Below, one piece after another: positions 54,286 to 64,000 of a stretch of 64,000 nucleotides of DNA (positions within the stretch are counted from its first letter, which is position 1; each line of letters begins with the position of its first letter). This DNA is from Octopus vulgaris. Its lineage: Eukaryota. The stretch is taken from contig OX597817.1 of NCBI GenBank assembly GCA_951406725.2, positions 148,924,001 through 148,988,000 on the forward strand. Direction: 5' to 3'. The notes under the pieces are model-generated. The model saw only the letters and a program-made list of their open reading frames with translations. It was not told the DNA's origin and did no database searches. A program made the position numbers and the translations under genes.

Positions 54286-54599
54286 AAACAATTGCAGAGT
54301 GAAAGGTTTATAAGCCATTTAAAAACACAAAAAAAAAACCCCGTTCGCTACACTTTGACATTTCAGTTTCATTTGTGGAAATATTTTCGTCGCTTTGAAA
54401 CCGCGACATGTTCAATCACAAAATTCCGTGCTGCATGGAATTTTGAGGTGCAGCACGAAATTTTTCCAGTGAACAGGTCGCGGTTTCAAAGCGACGAGAT
54501 TATATAGGCAAATTATATTGAAATGTTGAAGTGAATCTAACGGTTTTTGAGTGTTTTTTTTTAAATGGCTTATAAGCACCTTCCACCCTGCAATTGTTT
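54286..54599. repeat. 314-bp imperfect palindrome (MITE/foldback-like)
   Basis: aaacaattgcag...ttataagccatttaaaaa pairs with tttttaaatggcttataa...ctgcaattgttt; inner tcgtcgctttgaaaccgcgac pairs with gtcgcggtttcaaagcgacga. Confidence 0.88.
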
Positions 54600-55713
54600 A
54601 TATTTTCCATATAAGAAAAATACTATAACCAAAAAATCCGCTGCGCAATAATCGCTCCAAATCTAATTCAGTTAGTTCAAAGTTCGATATCACCAAACTC
54701 AAGTCAAAGATAACTAATGCCTCAAACATGGGGTTTCTGTATGATTCGCTTTCTGCTGGTGCGTTCTGCTTACAAATTTATCCGATACTTATGGTGACTG
54801 CATTTCATTATTTCATTCAGAATGAAATAAAAGTTAGTCAGGGTAGAATGGATTCAGTTCAGCCAAGTGTATCATACTTCATTTACAAAAACGCAATTTC
54901 ACCATTATTTGCAATACCAGAGACAACGGTGAATTTAAGAGCAGACGTTGTATTTATATGCATTGCTTGACTTTACGGATTCGAATATCGAGCGAATTTT
55001 TTATTCTCCGAGATCTATGATATACTTACTTGTTAGAAACACCAGGAGATTAATCGATTATATTATTATCACACCTCAATCATGACAAATTTGTTACCTT
55101 GTGCAACATTGGAGCTATAGAGTAAACAGCAGTGCAGATCAAGAGCAAATTTGCTGTAAGCCAAATCTGTGTCCAGGACTCTACAACACAATCACAAACG
55201 CACACAATGGCTGAATGTCATTTTACTTCTACATTAATACACACACACACCACCACCATACACACACAACCATACACACAACACACTTAACTATATTCAT
55301 GTGTGTGTGTGTATCTGTGTGTGTGTGTGTGTGTGTCTGTCTGTCTCTGTATGTATCAAACACTCCATAAAGAAGTATCAGAAGAGGGAGATATGCCTTT
55401 CAACCGTGAAGCTCTAAACTCACCAGTAGCTGCCATAATTCGTACTATACACACATGTAATAGTACACACACATATATATCTATATGTGTGTGTGTGTGT
55501 GTGTATCTCTTTGCAAATACTGATCGGGCACAGAAAGTGTGTCAATGGCCAGCTGGAGATGTCTTCCTGGTACTACAAGCTACAGTAGCATCAATCCTTG
55601 AGGGTTAGCCACGTTTAAGTGGCAAATAAACTTCACGACATTTATATATAAATATATAATATAATGTTTGTGTATACATTCCTATAGATATGTGTATACA
55701 TACCTATAGATAA

Positions 55714-55770
<57 letters not shown>

Positions 55771-56220
55771 AAATACAGAGTGACAGACATATAGACAGCC
55801 ATACAGGGAGGCAGACAGACAGACACACAGACCGGTAGAATATTCTTGCGTAATTCCATTAAGAGTGTGAGAATGAGTGAGGGAGAAAATGGTGTAGTAT
55901 GACAATAGGAAGATAGGGAGGTGCATAAAGATAATGCTTTAGATAATACAAACAGATGTTTTGATATGGTACACCGATTAAGAATACATTAATACCTGTA
56001 TATATTTACAGCTGTGTGTATGTAAGTGTGCGCTGTACGCGCGCGGGTGCGTATGGATAGATATAGAAAAATTCTCTTTGGAAACATTGTGTTTAACATG
56101 TTCACTTGTTAAGCATATTGTTATTAAGTTAATTAGAACAAATACTCAACAAAATATTTACATTTTACATTCAATTCGTGTATGTCTTCTTAAACATTTC
56201 TTAATATCCTGTGACTAATT

Positions 56221-56443
56221 ACTCTCTTACTTGTTTCAGTCATTTGACTGTGGCCATGCTGGAGTACCGCCTTTAGTCGAGCAAATCGACCCCACGAGTT
56301 ATTCTTTGTACGCCTAGTACTTATTCTATCTGTCTCTCTTGCCGAATCGCTTATTTTCGGGGAAATAAACACACCAGCATCTGTTGTCAAGCGATGTTGG
56401 GAGGACAAACACAGGCATACAAACATACACACACACACAGAGA

Positions 56444-56523
<80 letters not shown>

Positions 56524-56687
56524 CATATATTCGACGGGCTTCTCTTAGTTTCTATCTACCAAATCAACTCATACGGCTTTAGTCGGCCTGAGGCTATAGT
56601 AGACACTTACCCAAGGTGCCACGCAGTGAGACTGAACCCGGAACCATGTGGTTCGTATGCAAGCTACTTACCACACAGCCACTCCTA
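56221..56687 (-). mobile_element. SINE family A, full length
   Basis: Same head, internal microsatellite and 3' stem-loop as the other copies. Confidence 0.9.
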
Positions 56688-57199
56688 CTGTTAATTATTC
56701 AATACGAATGCGCGTGGCTTGTGGTTAGAATGCTACACTTACGATTCCAAGATCATGGTTTTAATTCCTGGACAAACTGAGCAAAGCTTTCGTCCTCTTG
56801 AGCAAAACCCGATCGAAGAAGAATGGCAGACAAATTTAGCTTCGCGGGATCTGAAAGCAGGATGTAAAGGCCAGTAACGAAATACGACTTAGCGTTTCAT
56901 CAAACGTTCAAACGATATTGCAATTCTACCACAACTCTCAATTAAATAAAAGTTGAACGTGAGTCAACAACAGACACAAAGCTGACAACATGTAGGCGGA
57001 GTTTAGTAGAAATTATTGCCCAAGGTACTTGACTGGTATTTCAATGTACCGATATGCAACGTCGACTAGGCAAGGATTTGAATTCAGTACGTGAAAGGTC
57101 GAAACCTGCAGAGCAGCGAAATTTAACCGAAGTCACAGAGCGGATGGTAAAAGACATTCTAACCGACGCTCTACAGGTTCTGCCAACTTCAGCACCCCC

Positions 57200-57560
57200 T
57201 GGAATGTCCAAGTGAAAACCTCAATAAAATGTAAACAAAATAGGCCTTATATAATGATTTGGGATAGAGAAGAGAAAATGTGCACAGTTGTGGAAATTAG
57301 CTGCCCAGTGGATGTTAACATAAAGCTGAAGATAAGTGAAAACGAGAACACCTATGCTGAACTATTGAGAAGTCTGCAGTTACTCTTAATACCTGTAATG
57401 ATTGGGGCCCTGGGATACGTAACATGCTGCCTAAATACCAATCTTGAGAAATTAGGCTTCTGAAAACCAGAAAGGAGAAACCTAATTCGAAGACTACAGA
57501 TCCAATCCATCACTGGAACTGTATGAATCCGTAAAATTTTCCAGAAGTTTATCATTTAAA
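57200..57560 (+). pseudogene. RLE-type LINE 3' fragment
   Basis: NRPYIMIWDREEKMCTVVEISCPVD...IPVMIGALG; followed by (TACA)n; related piece at 61090-61275. Confidence 0.75.
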
Positions 57561-57585
57561 TATAAATCTGCACATACATACATAC

Positions 57586-57616
<31 letters not shown>

Positions 57617-57693
57617 CATACATACATACATACATACATACATACATACATACGTGCATGGATGAATGCATGGATGCATGCATGCATGCATAC

Positions 57694-57753
<60 letters not shown>

Positions 57754-58893
57754 GTATATGCATATAAGCTGAGACATTTTCAAATGAATAACAATGCATA
57801 CGGATTACTGTCGTAAGAACTGTATAATTCGGTTACCCGAATAATAACACCATTCACGTACTGGGGTCGATTTAATCGATTTACCCTTTCCCCAACTTTC
57901 AGACCTGTTGCCTGTAGTAGAACGGATTATTATGAATCGATGTGATAGAAAATACATTTTGACATATCAAGCCGTATCAATAGGCACGGTACTAAGTGGA
58001 GTAGTAATGTACAATATCGAGTCTTATGACTCATAACACACGTCACCTGGTGTCCATGTTGTACAAGTGACCGAGATCACAACATTCGCCGTGGACGTGA
58101 CGTCAGCCCGTCAAAGTCTTAATAATTTACGTATCGAAGCCACGATATTGCTATCGTAATTGCAACATGCGAAACACTAGGCCATCCTCCTTCACCCCCG
58201 TTTACCTATTGAGATAGAAATATTGACTTACACCCTGGAATGTAGCGCACTAGCACCCCCATATTTTAACAAATGGAGACGGTAAACAAATAACATATTG
58301 AAGAATATAGACCCCATCATAAAGTATATTTAATGTTGTTATGATACACACTGTGTATATAGGCTGACAAAATTCATTCCTTCGGTCACATTAAGTAATA
58401 TATATACTCCTTACCAGTATATATACTGTACATTTTCCCATTAAACATTATTTTCTATTCCATCAGATATACTATATATGTTTAGATCCCTTGTGATATA
58501 TATCTCGCCATCAAGGTGGCTTGCACTTTCTTCGGTTATTATAATATAGACATGACGGTTTATACATAATCGACAAGGAATATGGGTGTTTTGACATTCA
58601 TGATATTCCCCAGAGTAATAGGAACGCATATAAAACAGTTCTGACTGAGATCCACAGATATAGGATACAAGAAACCAACCACAAACTTTACAACACTTGC
58701 TATATTCTATATGTGCGTGACTGTTAAAAATGCGTTGACTCATCGATTGGATACCAAGTGTTGTTATTTATTTATTCATATGATTATTTACTTATTTATT
58801 TATTCATTTATTTATTTATTTACTCAGAGTAAAACAGTTTTAGTAGACCAGATTATCATTTTAGTTTCAAGAGTCATGTCTAAAGAATATATA

Positions 58894-58983
<90 letters not shown>

Positions 58984-58984
<1 letters not shown>

Positions 58985-59981
58985 TAGCATTAAAGACCCG
59001 TCGTTGCCGGGTCATAGTGCTAGTGCATGTATATATGTGTATATATATGTGTACATATCACATGTACATCTATATATATATATATATACATCTACACATA
59101 AAATACAAAATACAAAGTTATATCTTGATATCGCTAGTGATAACAATACTCAAAATATATAACAGACTGGAATTGTTAGCCCGTCTCTTGTAATTTCGAT
59201 CAATTGTATCTTGTCCTCCCTCTTGTATAGAAGTGTGGCTACAATCCAGCCTACCTCTACTTCTGGGGGGAAGGGGGCGTTTTTAATCTTTTTCCGGGAC
59301 ATCCTACGTCTCAGATATAAAGGTAAAAATAAGATATTTCCACTTTGCAAGTTCGAGTCGAGTACTCCCTTGCAAGCTCCGTTGACTCGAACCTTGCTTC
59401 TATTGTGGCGAATTTACCGCTTCTGATTAGATATCTTTCATAGTTGCACCAAGACACTTTTCGAAGGTGCTTTCCTCCATATGTTCAAATCTTCTTTTTC
59501 TCTACATTGTATACTTTATAGACAATAGTCTATTCTTTAATTTAATTTTTTATTATCCATCTGGACTATTCCATTTCTGCACGCTAATTTTATTTTTAAT
59601 TTATTCCCATTCAAGTGAAACCACTTATTCAAGTTCAAGTCATTGATGCAATTTATACCAATTGCTATTTTTACTTTTGTTATGTTACGATTATATTATA
59701 CTTTAGTTTGATTTTAATTATTACTTACTACATATAATTCAATTGTTATTATTGTTTTTATTGTTAAAGTGAAAATATCTGACATAGAATAGAGAAATGT
59801 TTTTGTTTCACTTTTAACACGTAATACTGAAATAGTGGAGAAGATATGATATTGCTATGGGCTCACTCTAGGCAAGAAGTTGAACATTCTTTTTGCCCGT
59901 GAAACTACATGGACCCTAAGTAAGGCATGTGTACAATTTGAATGAAATTGGTTGTGTAGCCCTGAAGTTTTAGAGAAACAC

Positions 59982-60018
<37 letters not shown>

Positions 60019-60038
60019 TAGACAGACACACATTCTCA

Positions 60039-60060
<22 letters not shown>
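58984..60060 (-). mobile_element. Non-autonomous Helitron (Lep1-like layout)
   Basis: Minus-strand 3' end GACCCG-GCAACGA-CGGGTC-TTTAATG-CTAG|T; 5' region TATAAAACTGAGAATGTGTG(TCTG)n; 5' boundary hidden in (TA)n. Confidence 0.7.
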
Positions 60061-60080
<20 letters not shown>

Positions 60081-60371
60081 ATTATATATTCTTTAGACAT
60101 GACTTTGTTCACCACCTGTCTTCATCTTTTGTCTTTTTCGTAAACTCTCCCTATATATATATATATATATATGTACTACGTACGTATGTATGCATGTATG
60201 CATGTATGTATATATGTATGTATGCATGTATGTATACATATATGCATGTAAGTGTTTTTCTTTGAGTTTCAGCTAATTTCTTGATAGAGTTCAAGCCGGT
60301 TGCTAACAAAGCAACCAGACCTTTGGGGTTAAGAGAGTTCTCAGTGGTTGTCAGTATGTGGTTAAGTTAGA

Positions 60372-60975
60372 ACGGCAAGCTGGCAGAAATGTTAGCACAC
60401 CGGGTGAAATTCTTAGCGGTATTTCGTCTGTCTTTATGTCCTGAGTTCAAATTCCGCCGGGATCGACTTTGCCTTTCATCCTTTCAGGGTCGATAAATTA
60501 AGTACCAGTTACGTACTGGCGTCGATGTAATCGACTTAATCCTTTTGTCTGTCCTTGTTTGCCCCCTTATGTTTAGCCCCTTATGAGCAATAGTGAAATA
60601 AGAAGCGTTAGCACACCGGGCGAGATGCTCAGGTCAATTTTGCCTTTCATCCTTTCAGGGTCGATAAATTACGTAACAGTTGCGTACTGCCCCGCTCCAC
60701 CGAGAAAATAATAATAATAATAATAATTCGGGTCTTGTGCCTAGAGTAGAAAAAAATATTTTAAAGGCGGCGAGCTGGCAGAAATGTTAGCACGCCGGGC
60801 GAAATGCTAGCAGTATTTCGTCTGTCTTTATGTTCTGAGTTCAAATTCCGCCGAGATCGACTTTGCCTATTATCCTTTCGATGTCGATAAATTAAGTACC
60901 ACTTGCGTACTGATGTCCATCTAATTGACAACCCCCTCCCCCAAAATTTCGAGCTTTGTGCCTAGAGTAGAAAAA
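60372..60975 (+). mobile_element. Cluster of SINE family B copies
   Basis: Heads near 60372, 60605 (partial) and 60765; both types of 3' end present. Confidence 0.88.
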
Positions 60976-61089
60976 AAATGTGTGCCTAGATTACAAAAAA
61001 AATGTGTGACTGGGTAGATGTGTTGCTCTAACTGTCGATACTTACACCTTACACCTAAGTGTGTGCATATATTCACGTAAGCGTCTCAC

Positions 61090-61275
61090 ATGGAAAATTT
61101 CTGGAATTTTACAAATCTTCACTGTTCCACTAATGGATTGGGTTTGGAGAATTTGTCAGTTTATTTTCCTCTTTTCCCGTGAAACCAAGTGTTTCTAGAT
61201 TGTTGTGCAAATCTGTTGGTACATAACCTAATGCACTTATGATAATAGGTAGAAATGAAAATTCATAGTCAGTGT
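61090..61275 (-). pseudogene. RLE-type LINE 3' fragment
   Basis: YTDYEFSFLPIIISALGYVPTDLHNNLETLGF, homologous to 57200-57560. Confidence 0.65.
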
Positions 61276-61769
61276 ACATATGTATGTTTGTATGGGTGTG
61301 CATGTATATATGTGAACTCTCAGCCTGAGAAACGCACCAACAGCTCTCTTTCGTGTGACCAGTGTAGACGTGTCTGTTTCTCAAAGGCAGGCCAACAAAA
61401 CCACAGGCGTTGTCACGGAGCATCGTCGTTTACTAGTGTAACATTCAATATGAACTCTCGTATGCCTTGTACATCAGAATATGTGCATTAGCCAGTGGTT
61501 AGCTATTGCAGACAATCTGACTTGTCATCGGTATGGAATGACTTGTAGGTCCTTTGCAGGCCTCAAGAGCAATATGTGACATCATCAGCAATGGGGAAAC
61601 CAAGCGTGAGATGTTTCCCAGATTTTAATGGGTTTAAGAAATTATGTTATTCGATTACGAGTCGGCTGCTGCCATGTATGAAAGCATGGGTGTTTGTGCA
61701 TGTATATATGTGGCGGGGCTGTAATTAGGGTACAGCATTTTTTATTTGTATCTTTAGTTTATACTAGAT

Positions 61770-62100
61770 TTAGTCATTGGACTGCAACCATATTGGGGCA
61801 CCACCTTCAATGATTTAATCGAATAATTAGATCCTAGTACTTAGTTTTAAGATTATTTAATCAGACCCTTTGCTGAACTGCTAGATTATGGGGACGTAAA
61901 CAAACCAACATCGAAAAACAAGTATTGTGAGATGATAGACACAAAAACATACACACGCTCATGCACGCAGTTCTCGTCTTCCAATTTCCTTCACAAGTTT
62001 GTTAATTGGCCCGCGATGTAGTAAAAGAAGGTATTTCGCAGCGGGACTGAACTCGAACCTGTGGGGTTGCGAAGTGTGCTTGTTTAGCAGGCAGCCATGT
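61770..62100 (-). mobile_element. Old, diverged SINE family A
   Basis: agtcattggactgcaaccatattggggcaccacc...ggggacgtaaac...gggactgaac. Confidence 0.65.
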
Positions 62101-64000
62101 TTGTGACGCACCAAATCTATTTACCAGATATACGTCGACTCTTTCATATTCTCAAATTGCGGTAATTAGTAGAGAATGTGTTACGTTTCAACGTTAAAGG
62201 AGGTAAAAACACGATAAGGCCTTTCAGATACAGATGTGTCCAGAACGGAAATATCAAAATCTATCAAAATAAGGTTAAATCTAGTAAATATGAGCGGACA
62301 AACTTGGAAATATATCTGATAATGGTTTATATGCATGCATTACTCTTGTAGATAGAAAAGAAATGGCTAAACAAATATTTCTTACCGTCAACTTATCGAT
62401 ATAATTTCTCACATAAGGAGAGGGTGATTGAGTGTAAATTTTTTAAGAAAGTGGCTGTTTCCCTAGTTTGGAATTAGGTGTGATTTAAGAGTAATTAATA
62501 TGATACCATCTGGTCTACTTGCTCAAATAGTATTATCAATCATTATGGAGAATTTCCATTAAAATCTTCTAATTATCATTCAAATTCACACCGTTTGGTT
62601 TGTGTTCGTACCACTTTTCACTGGCTCAAATCCACAAACTTGGTTAAAATCCAATTGCTCTATTTAACAGAAAGAGATTTGTTTGCGTTTATATACATGT
62701 TGTGCTAGAGTAGGATATGGTTAATATCTTGCCCTTTCCTCTACACATTCTGTGTCTGCTCTCTGACTGAGCTTTATAATCTGTCTTTGTCAAACGCAAA
62801 CTAATGGCTACATCCGGAGCCAGTATGACTACTAATTCACACTCACTCCATGTACACACACTTAAACACATATTGATTCATACACACACACACACACATA
62901 TATATACACACTTAGATATGTGTAAATACATACAAGCATACATGCATGAATACACACATTCGCGTGCAAGATATATATCCTGCCTGAACTGTGGTACATC
63001 TTCAATGGTGTATCCTGAACTTATTAGGTAATTCGTGTCTCCCCTTCTTCAGCACTGTAGATCTTGACACGGTAAGTTTTAAACTCATTTTTCCAAGTTA
63101 ACAAGTTTCTCTTGATTTCTGGTATGAACTTCCTTACCCCCAAAGGATTAATGTTGCTGTGATGGTAAGGTCCTCCATAAATGCTGTTTTCAAGGGGTTT
63201 CGCTCACCGGATCTGCTTAAGGGCCTTTTGCATTCTTTGCGGATGATTCGTCTCCTATAGCAAGGGCAGAGTACGTAGAGCCTCTAAATATTTCTTTTCC
63301 AAGCCCATGTGAGTCTAATAATTTTATAAACAGACACCAATAAATGAGAAAATATCAATAATTTAAGAAACAAAGATTCACTGTTTTTGGATAAGATTCC
63401 ACCATGAGGGAAATTTGTGTTCGGGTAGAATGATGTACTACCTGACGGAAAATAAAAGGTTTCTTTTTACAATGGAAGCGACATGACTTTTGGCTAACTT
63501 TGTTTTCAACCAAGAGTAAACACATTCCTTTGACTTGTCATTTTATATTACATAGATGCGCGTGGGCTAGTGGTTAAGGCCACTGTTTCGATTTCAGGAC
63601 AGGACTGTGCTCTGTGTTCTTCACCAAAATACTGACGGAGTGTGTTGAAATCTCAGTCATTTAAATACACGCTCCGGCAAGTTAAGGTCCGGTCTTATGA
63701 TCCTAGGACTTGAGAGAGACCTAAGAAATCACAGTGTAATTTTATATTTGCTGATATAGGAAGACCTCAAAATGTGTTGCACAGAGTGTGGTTCTGTGCA
63801 ACAATCATATATTACGTAAATAGAAGAGAAGTACCGCTGTTTGTTGAGTGTCATTTTGGCTACACCAAACTTTAATGATGTTATTCATATCTTTACTAAA
63901 TTGCAGTCATTCATCTCATTAGAACGGTGAGGTGCTAATTTGCTACGGTTAGGAGACTGTGATGTTTGGAGGGACGAAGACTCTTTGGAGTAAGTCCTGA

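Overview
AT-rich, microsatellite-dense eukaryotic DNA made almost entirely of transposable elements. The SINE and LINE complement suggests an octopus or other cephalopod (inferred from recalled repeat families, not a database match). No host exon, rRNA, true tRNA gene or CRISPR array is supported. The main feature is a 4.65-kb, nearly intact CR1-group LINE (41929-46578, minus strand) sitting in a (TA)n tract. Its ORF1 has an unusual architecture: a Myb/SANT-like N-terminus, polyQ and two CCCH fingers. Its ORF2 (APE endonuclease + RT) has no AUG upstream of the endonuclease and overlaps ORF1 in the -1 frame. An in-frame U_UUU_UUA heptamer followed by RNA structure lies in the overlap, so this is a candidate programmed -1 ribosomal frameshift in a non-LTR retrotransposon. 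This LINE, a second CR1 LINE and an abundant tRNA-derived SINE share a covarying 3' stem-loop plus an 8-nt tandem tail, suggesting a LINE-SINE partnership. The window also holds R4/Dong-type LINEs at (TAA)n, Penelope-like remnants with degenerate hammerhead motifs, mariner/Tc1 fossils, a non-autonomous Helitron, several SINE families and four large palindromes. Boundaries of degenerate elements are approximate.
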